This document shows, piece after piece, positions 1 to 12,321 of a stretch of DNA of 56,602 bases (positions within the stretch are counted from its first letter, which is position 1; each line of letters starts with the position of its first letter). Position numbers and translations under genes: made by a program. Where the stretch lies: assembly GCA_051294375.1 (NCBI GenBank), contig CM119269.1, positions 5,223,946 through 5,280,547 of the forward strand. Reading direction: 5' to 3'. The stretch comes from Paraspadella gotoi (lineage: Eukaryota > Animalia > Chaetognatha). The notes below the pieces were generated by a model that had not been told where the DNA came from, did no database searches, and saw only the letters and a program-made list of their open reading frames with translations.

Positions 1-2875
1 CTCTCTCTCTTTGCTTATGAATGATTGAGTCATTTTTCTATAAAGAAGTCATCGACGAAATTTTCTCTTATCTCAATCAGATTCTCGCTGACGAGAAAAA
101 AAGATAATTTGACAGAAAGAAGGGATATTGAGTTAACAATTAAACTATTTTTTATCATTAATCATTAAATTAATGTCAATCGTTTCAATATAAAAGGGTT
201 TTGACTTTTGAGAGCTTGACAAGTAATTGCTTCAGTGGCAAATCGAAGCAGAGAATGAGAGAAGTAAAAAATAAAAAACCAAAAAGAAGAAAGAGAAAAG
301 GAGAAGAAAGAAAGACATGAGTGTTTTTTGACTTATGAGAAACGGGTCAGGAAAAGGCGATATTAATGGTATAGATTTAGTTGCACACCACGAAAAAGAG
401 GACGTCATTTGACAATAAAGAAGAAAGAAGATTCCTTCCTCTCATCAGCCTACTCTCTTCTCCTCGTCTCACTACTCCAGATGCAAGGTCTCACACGAAA
501 TGCAAAAAAGAAGATCATAATGCTACAAGAAGGATATCGCGAATAACATAGCAAAAATACCTACAATACAGTCATCATCCTACTCAAGAACTCATTACAA
601 GGCAGTCAAGCTCTCACATCCATTTGCTCTTATAGAAACATGATAATAGAGAAATAAAAGGAAGTCAGAAATAGAAAGTTCAATAAATTACTAATAAATA
701 GGAAATCAAAGTAGACAAGAGAGGCCAAGAGAAAGGATAACATTTCTCCACGACGCTGGAGAGACCGATAAATTTGCAGCAAAAGGGTTTGAGTTATTAA
801 ACTTTTCTTTCCTGACTCGATTGTTCGTACTTGGCCAGTTTTGCCTTTCGCGGCCTCTGGGCTTCCACTGGGATGGGCCCGGATGCGGCCGGTAGACCAT
901 CAAAACCACGGCGCGGAGAGGAAGAGAAAGAAGAAAGAAAGAAGAAGAAAGAAAGAAAGAAAGAAGAAAGAAAGAAAAAAAGAAAGAAGGAAAGAAAAAA
1001 TAAAAAATGAAAAAAACAAAAGAACAAAAGAACAACATAACAAAAGAAATAAAAAGGAAGAGAAAAGAAGTCAAAATAAAAAAAATAAAAAAAGTAGAAA
1101 GAGAAAGAGAAAATCCAATAGGGCCTCACAGGGTGGCAGGTGTCCGCAAAGCGATTCCGACCCTCTCCTAAACTCGGAATGAATATTGAGGCTATAAACG
1201 ACGCAAAACCACATTACGAGGCTTTTTCAGGATTTGTTGTGATGTTATGAGGAATGGGGGAAATGTGTTCTCCGTCGGGCTGAAAGTATAGCTTTCCGCG
1301 TGCCTTGGTTCTTGAAGCATGAAAGGAGCGAAACTCCTTCTCTCTCTCTCTCTCTGAGGAGGGAGGAGGGGGAGAGAAGAGGAGAGGAGTGAGGGAGGGA
1401 GAGAGGAGGAGAGAGAGAGAGAGAGACGAGATGAGAGAGATAAGNNNNNNNNNNNNNNNNNNNNNNNNNNNNNNNNNNNNNNNNNNNNNNNNNNNNNNNN
1501 NNNNNNNNNNNNNNNNNNNNNNNNNTCTCCCTCTTCCTCTTCCTCTCGAATCTTCATAATGGAGACTTTCAAGGTTTTTCAACGCGGAGTTCGTCTGCCA
1601 GCGCAGCGAGGAATCGAGACGCTGTGAGAGCTTGTGAACAAATCTACTTCACTCTTCACTTTTTTTTTTAAATTTCTTCTTCTTTTTCGCCGAAAATTGA
1701 AAGTATTTCCTTCCTCAGGTCTGAAGACTTTTCATTCTCGTTTTGAGATCGAACTAACGACTTTTTTTCTCTCTCTCACTCTCTCTCTCTCGTTCTCGCT
1801 CTCTCTCTCTCTCTCTCTNNNNNNNNNNNNNNNNNNNNNNNNNNNNNNNNNNNNNNNNNNNNNNNNNNNNNNNNNNNNNNNNNNNNNNNNNNNNNNNNNN
1901 NNNNNNNNNNNNNNNNNNNNNNNNNNNNNNNNNNNNNNNNNNNNNNNNNNNNNNNNNNNNNNNNNNNNNNNNNNNNNNNNNNNNNNNNNNNNNNNNNNNN
2001 NNNNNNNNNNNNNNNNNNNNNNNNNNNNNCTTCCTCACTCTATCTCTCTCTCTCCCACTTCTCTCTCCTGTATACTTCAGTTGGTGACTTCCCATTTCAA
2101 CTCAGCTGTGACTGAGGCTCATTGAGCCGCCGTTTAGTCTATCCTATCTGTCCGTCTGTTTGTCAATTTTTCCCTGAGTCCATTTGTCTGTCTTTGGCTG
2201 AGATTGAGTCTCGCCAAATCTGTTTTTTAATCAAAAAAGAATTTTCTTTTTTAACAAAAAATTTTTTACACGTTATTTCGATTCACGCGGCCAGAAGTAT
2301 TTGGTGAATTGAGAATTGTATAATTTTGTATATATGAATTGGATGTTGTGAGAAATTGAACGACGTGGAATCTCCTAATTGGTATAGGGCGATTCTGACG
2401 CATGGGGGACTGGAAACCTGGGAGTTGCTTAATTTAGTATAATTTTTTTTAAAAAATCATCTTTTCAAAAAATAAATTCTCATTAATGTTTAATACATTC
2501 CTCTTCTCTATGCATCATTGCGGAAATCAGGTAAGTGTTCATTTTTTATTTATCTATTCATTTATTCATTTTTTTTCGAACATTGAACGATTAAACGAAC
2601 CGTAACATTCAGATTTCATTACTGCCATTTCTTTATTCATCTTTATTCATCAACGTTATTTTTTACTTTTTATTTTCTCCATCAACATTCATTTTTTTTT
2701 CTCCCTCGTGAATCAACATTCAATTTCACTTTCTCTTCTCATTCGCATTCATTTCTTTTCTCGTCGTCTTTTTTTTTCTTCTTCTTCCTCCTCCTCCTCC
2801 TCTTCCTCCTTCGCCGCCGCCTCCATTGACATCGACATTCGTTTCCCTTTTTCCTCCCTCGACGGAGGCGGAGTT

Positions 2876-2885
2876 GGCGGCGGCA

Positions 2886-2928
<43 letters not shown>
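2876..2928 (+). repeat. (GGC)n trinucleotide microsatellite
   Basis: About 17 GGC units. Confidence 0.9.
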
Positions 2929-3034
2929 AAACCGAATCTCGACGAATCGAATTATGAAGAGTCAAACGGTTCAAGGACCAAGAGTAGTGCCTCCTAAATC
3001 CTAAAGACTTTAAAAAGGAAGGTTCTTTTCTCTC

Positions 3035-3088
<54 letters not shown>

Positions 3089-4904
3089 TCTCTCTCTCTC
3101 TCTCAGTTCTCTTCTCCTCTCCAACCCCGTTCTCGCTTCTCTATTTACCCCATAAATCCTACGGAATGCGCTTCATTAGTTTTGAATCCCCGCTGTGTTC
3201 TGGGAGCCTTGTTTCTTTTATTTGAGCATTTGCCGACGAAGCGCAGAGGCCATGGGTTTTGGAGCATGGCGTTATTACTCATGCAAGCTACTCGAATCAG
3301 CGCAGCCCTCCCGGGAGCAGCGCGCGCGCGGCGAGCGGCTTACTCCCTGCGCTTCGACTATACTTTCGCTCGGCTCTCTCTTTTACTCCTTTTTCCTCTT
3401 CCTTCTCCTTATCTCCCGGCATCCTGCGCGGCTGCCACAGTCAGATCCGATCTGGGAAGCTGCAGCGTGATAACTTACTCTTTTCTCTCTCTCTCTTACT
3501 CTCGTCACCCGCGAGGGCTTTTCTCTCTGCTCCGACCGTGAATCGGACTCATGGGTTCCGCGCGGGATCCGTGAGTCTTTCTTTTTTAAAGAGATAAGCT
3601 TTTTTGAAAATATTCAACATTATGTAGGGTCATTTCACGATGTTCAAAAAAAAATAAAGAAAAAACAAAAAACAAAAGAAAGACAGAAAAAACGCAGAGA
3701 AACGGAAGATAAGAAAAAAGAAGGAGAAAAAAATTTATTAAAAATTTAGACAACAAATGTTTTTGAATATTTTAAGATTTTTGAGCTTTAAAATAATTAA
3801 TATCAATATAAAAGATTATTACATCTAACAATAATGAGTAAATATGGCTGAAAACAATTGGAGAAATATTGATAAAGATAAATAATGATCGGTAAAATGA
3901 CGTGATGAGATATATCATTATTTTGCAATTTTGTTACGTCGAGGACGTATGCAAGAGTAAAGAGTTAGTAACAATTTTAAAGATATCAAGTTAGAATCAA
4001 ATTTGATCTTCCAGCAATGAACTATTTATAAAATATTTTTTTTTATATTTTTAATTTTTGCATAGCCCATTTATACTAGGTAAATTGTCAAAAATTTAAA
4101 AATTTTTTCTTATTTTTGAAAGCAGATTAAATTTCTCCCATTAATATTAAATTCTAATTCGTTGGATAAATATCCAAATTTTCAAAAAAGTCTAGCCACG
4201 CAGGTTTTTTAGGTTGCCTTTTGTCTCAGAAAGCTTCTTTAGTGCCTACTGTTTTGAAAAAAGGAGGAAGGGGTCTCCGGGCCTTTAGGCTTAATATCCA
4301 GGAGTGGAGCAAAGTTGAAACATAAAGCCCATGCAAAACATTTCTGTCTGGAATCCTAAGGTACTACTACTACGATCTACTACTACTTACTTACACTACT
4401 ACTTACTACTACTACTACTACTTGCTTACTACTATACTTTAAATTAATTAATTAGAATGATCTGACATTATCAATTTTCACTCAATTTCTAAAAGTGTCT
4501 TTTAGTATTATCTTTCTCGGTATCCAATGAGGTCTTTGAATTTGAGCATCAACTTGATTGAAATGATAGAAGAGAGGAGAGGACGCCGAGAGGCAAGAGC
4601 AGAGCAGAAGAGAAAGAGAGAGAGAGAGAGAGAGAGAATCCCTGGCGCCGATGCGCTCGACTTCGACGGGAAGAAGCCCCGACTGCACATCGAGAGAGAG
4701 AAAACTTCCCCGTTCCGACCGAGAGAAGCCCGGAAGGAGAAGTGAGTCGGTCGGCAGCCGCGCCGGCCTGCTCCGCGTGCGACGCCTGCGTCCGGCGAAG
4801 CCTGAGTATATGATCTGTTGAAGAGCTAGAGCGAGAGAAAGGAGGATGAAGAGAGAAGAAAGAAGAAAGAAAGAGAGAGAAGAGAAGAGATGAGAGCGAG
4901 AGAG

Positions 4905-5744
4905 AGAGGGTAGGAGACTCTGGGGTTAAGCTTCGTTTCCTATTCAGAGAGATGTGACGCCGAACAGCAGAAGAGAACTAACACAAACAAGAATGAATAA
5001 AACCGCGAAACAAAATTTCATTCTTTCATTTTTTGCTCTTTTTTTAAAAAAATAAAATTCTATTTTTTTGTTTTTTTTTGTTTATGGTTTGGGTTTTAAA
5101 AATTGCGGGCGGCGGCGTGTTCTCAAGAAGGAATTAATTTCATTATTTGATTGATTGATTCGATTTTCTTTTTTTTCTTCTGTTTAATTTCCTTTTCTTT
5201 CTTTCTGTTCTTTTTCTTTCTTTCTTATCTTTCTTTCTTTCGTTTCTTTCTTTCTTTTCTTTCTTTATCTGCTCTTCTGTNNNNNNNNNNNNNNNNNNNN
5301 NNNNNCCTATGGATTCACACTTTCAGATAGCCATGATTGCCAAAAAAAAGCGGAGACCGAACAAAAGCTAAACGAAAAAAAATCGAGACCAGGACGGGGC
5401 TTTGGCCCGCCTTGGCTCGATTAATAGAGGATATTTGTTTGTTTTGATAAAATGTAAACAAAACATTTAATAACTGTTCCTGACTCATTTTAAGGACATT
5501 CGATTGATGACCAAGCTGAATATAAATTATTATTAATCTATGTAATTAATGAATTAATCTATTAATTAATTAATTAATCTATTAATTAATTAATTAATCA
5601 ATTAATTAATTAATTAATTATCGTAGCAGAGTCCGACATTGTTTTGCTAAAACTTGTTATTGACATTTGCGACGAAGCGAAGGCATGGGTTTGGAGGAGA
5701 GAGAGAGAGCAGAGAGGAGAGAGAAGAGAAGGAGAGACGAGAGA

Positions 5745-5786
<42 letters not shown>

Positions 5787-6068
5787 CTCTGGGGTTAAGC
5801 TTCGTTTCCTATTCAGAGGATGTGACGCCGAACAGCAGAAGAGAACTAACACAAACAAGAAATAATAAAACCGCGAAACAAAATTTCATTCTTTCATTTT
5901 TTTCTCTTTTTTTAAAAAAATAAAATTCTATTTTTTTGTTTTTGTTTATGGTTTGGGTTTAAAAATCTGCGCGGCGTGTTCTCAAGAAGGAATTAATTTC
6001 ATTTATTTATTTTGTATTGATTCGATTTTTCTTTGTTTTTCTTCTTTTTAATTCTCCCTTTTTCTTTT

Positions 6069-6130
<62 letters not shown>
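4905..6130 (+). repeat. Direct duplication (4905-5280 vs 5770-6130)
   Basis: gagactctggggttaagcttcgtttcctattcagag...cagcagaagagaactaacacaaacaagaa occurs twice. Confidence 0.8.
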
Positions 6131-6156
<26 letters not shown>

Positions 6157-6157
6157 T
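6060..6157 (+). repeat. (TTTC)n microsatellite
   Basis: Direct. Confidence 0.9.
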
Positions 6158-6644
6158 ATTTTCTTTCTTTCTTACTCTCTTTCTCTCTTTCTTTCTTTCC
6201 CTTTTAATTTATTTCGGTACTTATTCTATTATTACATTTCATTCACGCATATTTCTTTTTTCTTCTCCTTATTGATCAATTTTCTTTTTCTCCACGCTTC
6301 TCATTCTTTCCTTATTTCTTTTTCTCCCTATCTCGGCGACGAAGCAATAAAAACTCGGTATCCAAAGCAAAATTGGAACTAAGTCGTAAAAAGAAATTTA
6401 TCGATGTTTGCGTAAAAACTTTTATTTTCGCGAAATTTAAAGTTAAAAGTGGAATAGAAATTCAAATTGGATATAAAACATCCGAGGTTATAGTGCGATT
6501 ATCTTTCCATCTATCTAAACTTTTGTACAGCGTGAATAAAGCAAGATAGTAAAACAAATAAATAATAGAATACAGGAAAAAAATTTATAAAACAACATAA
6601 AGTTGAGAAAAAATAAAAAAACGGCCATTTTAAATTTATCGATA

Positions 6645-6746
6645 AACGAACTAACGAACGAACGACCAACCAAAGAACGAACGAACGAACGTACGAACGA
6701 ACGAACGAACGAAGGAAGGAAGGAAGGAAGGAAGGAAGGAAGGAAG
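6645..6746 (+). repeat. Compound (GAAC)n-(GAAG)n microsatellite
   Basis: Direct. Confidence 0.85.
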
Positions 6747-7349
6747 TAAGTCTAAAGAGCTACGAACCAACCGAGAAAACCAATAATAGAAACCATTCAA
6801 GAGCCAATTCTGACTGTTTTTGCAGGTGACTCGTGCGGCTTTTATTTGCAAAACCCAGCAGAAAGCATGAATTCGTTTTTACGCTTTCCTCATATGGGTA
6901 TTGGTTAAAAGGAGAATAAACTTTGTCGGAGACTCTGGACATTGGAGATACGATCTCTAAGCTCTGCTGAAGTTTACATCAAAGGAACATATTGGTTTTT
7001 ATTTGATCCAAAATAAAACTCATTCGTTAATGACAGTCAAAAATTAAAACTCGACAAGGAGCTATTTACAAGGACGAAAACTAAAAACGTTTACTAAATG
7101 TTAAAAATGCACTATTTAAATTCGTCGTCTCCCTCGTAGTCGTCGTTGTCGTCGTCGTCTTTGTTCGAATCATTTGAGCTTATCAGTCCTTTACTTTGAA
7201 TGTTCAAAATCTTTTTTTTTTCTCGAGTTTAATTTCAAACCTTCGAGTCAAAGCGACTTTTGTAGAACTTAACTCGATGTGAGATTATCTCGAAGATTTT
7301 GTGATGCTCGTGTAGGAGACGAGTGACACTTGGTGCACGCTTTCTCTCT

Positions 7350-7442
<93 letters not shown>

Positions 7443-7716
7443 AACTGCGCATATATTCCGTTTTGTGATTACGCCCTCGAGTCAGATTTCAGTTTTCTAC
7501 AGTTAATTTTTTTACCAATTAAGTTTTCCCCTCTGAATGCGATTTGTTTTACAAACTCGTGGATTTTGATTTCCCAAATTTTCGAAACATTTTAACGTCG
7601 CTGAAAAATATTTGACACAATAGGTTTTATCTTAAAATTAAACGTTTTTTTTTTTTTGTTCTTTAAAACATCACAGCTTAATATTATATCAGAAATTATA
7701 AAACCAAGCGGCCGGA

Positions 7717-7845
7717 ATGGCGCTGACCGCTGTGGCGCTGCGCCAATTATCGGTGGCGCTGAGCCTCTGTCACGCCATCTTTCGAATTCTCGGTATCTGC
7801 GTCTACGTCATCTGGTCAAAATTCCTCTACACGTTTTTTCCTCAG
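7717..7845 (+). CDS. DIO: Deiodinase exon 1 (MALTAVALRQLSVALSLCHAIFRILGICVYVIWSKFLYTFFPQ), membrane anchor
   Basis: ATG at 7717, 43 open codons, donor CAG|gtgag at 7845/7846; hydrophobic segment ending in FP, as in the DIO1 N-terminus. Confidence 0.82.
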
Positions 7846-8112
7846 GTGAGATTGGATGTTTATACTTTATTATCAAAATAACGAAATGAACTTACTAAAT
7901 TAAATATATTTCGTTATAAACTTTGAAAATATTTGTTTTCACTTTAAAATTTAATTACTGTTCCCTCTCATTATCTCGTTCCATGCACCTCCTCGTCTTC
8001 CAGGTGCAACGTCGGGTGCTGGAGACGCGAATGGAGCACCGACCCAAACGGATGTGGAAGGTTAGTCTGGGGTAGCATCGCCGTACAATGATGGGGTTGA
8101 TGTATAACTTTG

Positions 8113-8157
<45 letters not shown>

Positions 8158-11100
8158 CGATGGTAAAGGGTGAGAAAATAATTTAAACAAGGTGTACGTA
8201 AATAGCTTATGCGAGTTGGAGCAAGGTCGCGGTCGCTTCCGTCCAGCGATGGAATCGAGGCGCCGCGTCGCCGGGGTCGAGGTCACGTGATTTCGCTGTC
8301 TCGATCGAAACGGAGGTGAGGAGCGAAGCGGGTGAGGTCAAGGTAGATGGGTCGATGGGCGTGGCCGAGAAGTCTGTTCGGCGGCCGACGAGAGAAAGAA
8401 GAATTTCGGGTTGAGTGAGTTTTAAAGGGTGAGTGAAAAAAAAAGTTGTTTTTTTTTCTTCTGTGGCGTCGATGTCAAAACGAGGGCGCCGCTTCTGAGG
8501 TGAGGGTGAGGGTGAGGGTGAGGGTGAGGTCGAAGTCGATGTCGAGATCGACGGAGAATCGGAACTCTCGGGTCAGGTTTTTCTCTGTTGTTTATGGTTT
8601 ATTTTATGGTTTATGGTCTTAATAACGAAGAGTCTGAATTTTGACGAATACAATAGCTTTATGAGGTTAACGAATGTATTTTTATGTGTTAACCTCATAA
8701 AGCGTTGTTATTCTTCAACATTATGACTTCACATCGCGTATTCGACGACTCTAAAACATTACAAGAGTCTAAATTATACTTACATTTATGAAAAACATTC
8801 GAATATAAAAAAAGAATCAACAATAAGGCGATTTCTTGCTTTAAGCTGACGGCGTTAGGTAAGTTTCATCGATTGAGTAAAAGGAAGTGAGGGAGAAACA
8901 GTTAGAGTCGAGTTAAACCTCCCGACAAAAGGTCATCGACCGGGGAAACATTTCTTTTTACTTTTTTATTTTATCGGCGCCACATTTTTACTTTGTTTTT
9001 TTTTTTCCTTTGTCGCTTTTTCCTCCAACTGATTTCTTTGCCCCATTTTTTTAAAATTCGTCTGAAAATTTCACATTAACGATTTTCCAATCTCTATTTC
9101 ATTTTTCTTTTCTCTCATACCCAATGCTCATAGACAATTAGACATTCAATCGGTTTTTCAGCTTTAACTTTTAACCCACTCGACCCGCCTTACCGCCTGA
9201 AAATAATCCTTGCCACACTAACCGCTCAGCCTTACCCATTATCCTTAGCCTTACCCAATCCCCAATCTAAACGTCTTCCCAATTCCCGACCTCTCATCCC
9301 GTCCCAACCCCAGCCCGACCCCGATCAATATCTCCTCTTCTTTTACAAAACTTACCGAATCCCAACTCACCTTAACTTAGCTCTGCCCTCGCCAACGATC
9401 GAAGATTCTCCCGCCTTCCCCAACACTTTCCACCCACACCGAGACCCACAATCTTATCCACCTTCCCCACATCGACGCCCTTCCTCTCCCCCACACGAAA
9501 CGACCTCACCACTAGTCCACACTGTCGTCCACACCCCTCCCTCCACATCCACGCGCTGACCTCATTTTCGCGCGGGGTTTTTTTCATATTTTTTTTTTTA
9601 AATTCCCCCGCGCATCGTTTTCATTTGTCCGGAAAGGCCAAGTATGTGGGTTCCAATGCGAAAACTGACAAAATAAAATCGTCGTAAAAGTCTACTTGTG
9701 CAAATTACACAAAATATTAATTTTATACTTTTTTTCCCTTTTGGATTATAAAAAAAATTTTATTGGATTTCATGAACGTTTTTATGGGTTTTTGGAGCCG
9801 CGAATGAGTCTATTAAAATATCCTTTTTTTTTCCTCCTCGAAAAATTATTAAATCGCGAAATGAAATTAAGGGAATTATGCGTCTGTGATAAAATTTAAT
9901 ATTTAGTTACTATAATTGAATAAAAGGTTGTTATATTTATAGAGGCCGAAAAATATTTAATAGCCACCCATTGGAAAGTCAATAAATTAAGTTACGCTAT
10001 CAACAATTATCAACTACCACACTCTCGCGCCATCAACTTTCCATCAAAACTCATTCTCATTTAACTTACCCGTGACCGAATCTAATTTCCTTACTCACCC
10101 TCCACCCGAATGGATTCTTTCCTTTCGACTCATCCCCCCCCGCCACCGCCACCGCCACCGCCACCGCCACACCCTCCACCCAGAACGTCGGAATCAAACT
10201 CGCCCTCCTTTCGCTGCCAAAACTTATCATCCAAAGGCAAAGCCACCGTTTGCCGAACTCTGACCTCGGCGCAGAGTTTTTTTTTCGTGCTCTCTCTCTC
10301 TCTCTGTCTCTCTCTCTTTCTCTTTAAAAATCTCGATATCCACCCACTCTCTGTCTGCCCGATTATTCCTTTTCTCGTTCTAGTTTTTTGGAAGAAAAAG
10401 TGAGAAAGAAAGAAAAAGAAAGAAATAAAGAGAGAAAGAGAAAGAGAAAGAAAAAAAGAAAAAAGAAACAAGGAAAGAAAAGAAAAAAGAAAAGAAAAAA
10501 AGTCAAGAAAAAGAAAAAGCAAACAAGAAAGGGAAGAACGGAGATTGAATGAACGCTCCCTCCTTAGGCAAACCACCTCGTCTTACCCCACCCTCCGAAC
10601 CCTTACCCTCCTTACCCCAACCCCTTCCTTGCCCCAACCCCCTCCTTACCCAGGACATCCGCGAACAAAAGGATTGGGGTCGGAATTTTTTCGCGTCGAC
10701 AGAGATGATCAAGAACCGCTACAAAGCTTGGATCCAAGAGCCCTTTCGCGAGGCCGTGCCCGGTGGGGCGGCCCCCGACCCTAAGATGATTTCCATGGCA
10801 TCTGGACGCGATACGACCCTTCTTTCGGCGGCGCGACACGGACGGCCGTTGGTACTTAACTTCGGCAGCTGCACCTGACCCCCGTATATGGCGGAGTTAG
10901 AGAGGTAAGTTATTTTTTTGTCGTGAAGAAATGTTTGAGCACATGGTTTGTGATGATGTCAGAAGTGGTCAAGTTGAAAGGATTGGATGTGTGCTCGGCA
11001 AGGTGAGGCTTCACGATCGCGAAGCTAAATGGATTTAGTGAGTTCCTACTATGCTGAAGCTTAATGGATTGGGTATTTTTTGTGTCGGACATGGTTGAGC

Positions 11101-12272
11101 GATTGGAATCAACATATATGTACTTAATATGGTAGGGATAAATTAGTGTTGTGTGTTCTTTCAGTAAACTGTAGAAATGAACAGAAAAGAGATTCGTTTA
11201 GAAAAAAATAGTTTGATTACGTTGTGACTCGTGACTACAGACCAAGGACGTGATTAAAGACACGACTAAGGAGAAGACGAGCGATGGATGATGTCGGCAT
11301 GCAGCGCTTCTCTGGCGTCATGTCTCTTCACCGCCAAAGGTCCCTTCGTTTTGGCTCCAAGATGAAAATTGATGAAACAGCGACGACGCCGACCACAGTT
11401 ACGAAGACGACGATGACGACGACGACGATGGCAGGAGACCCTGTCCTCCCCTCTTGGCTCTTCGTTTCAATTTCGTCCAATCTTCCTCATACTCTTTCTC
11501 TTCTTTTTCTCTTCTTTTCTTTTCCTTTTCTTTTCCTTTTCTTTTCCTTTTCTTATTTCTTTGATGCCCTCTTTCTCTCTCTTTTCTTTACTCGAGGCAA
11601 ATCGTCTTTTCTTCCGATCTTCTCTAGTGTTTCTTTTTTTTCTGTTTTGTTGTTTCGTTGTTTTTTTTTAGTTTTGTTTTTTGTTATACGAATTTGGTTG
11701 CTCCGCCGGAGGGGAAGCCTCTTTTTTTTCGGGTTGGTTCTTTGTTTATTTCTCTTCCGCCAGAGGTCTCGATTTGACTTGGATTATTTTCTTTTCACAT
11801 CCATTAACTTTGACAAAAGATAAATGATTTTGTTGTTTTTGAAGCTTCGATATACTATGCGGCAGATTTTGGTTTCGCCTCTCAACTTTTTATATCTTTC
11901 GTTGTTCCAATAATTTTGTATATAAAAAAACAAATCGGTGCCTCTATCTACAATCCCCTTTGGCAAGCGAGATGGCCATTCCAAAAATATTGGCGGTTTT
12001 GATGCCAGCTCAGCAACGCCATTGTCATTGATTATTCCCCTTCTTTGAGATTATTAATTTAGGCTGTGTCATCGTTGTCGTTATTATTGTCCTCGTTTAT
12101 CTCTTTTTAATCGTCCCCGGTTCTGGCCATCATTGATGTGAAACAAGCTATCCTAGCTAACAACTCTCAGTCTTCTCCACTTTTTTTCGCCTGCGCAGAC
12201 TTGATTCCTTCAATCTCCGATATTCTCTCTCTCTCTCTCTCTCTTCTCTCTTCTCTCTCTCTCTCTCTCTCT

Positions 12273-12321
<49 letters not shown>

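Noticed and set aside
706-6382. Many ORFs rich in S/L/F or E/R/K (for example 841-1182, 6017-6382; likewise 34026-34439, 39256-40206)
   Set aside because: Translations of GA/CT and TTTC microsatellites, not genes
8496-8530. (TGAGGG)n telomere-like hexamers
   Set aside because: Only about five variant units inside an intron; a simple microsatellite
8573-8575. Minus-strand ACC-TGA-CCC resembling the Sec codon context
   Set aside because: Upstream frame is AT-rich with no selenoprotein motif; coincidence
10876-10878. TGA read as a premature stop (pseudogene)
   Set aside because: It sits exactly at the conserved Sec position, the downstream exons are intact and a SECIS-like element exists
11284-11823. 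179-aa ORF in deiodinase intron 3
   Set aside because: Mostly (ACG)n and poly-pyrimidine low complexity; no recognisable domain
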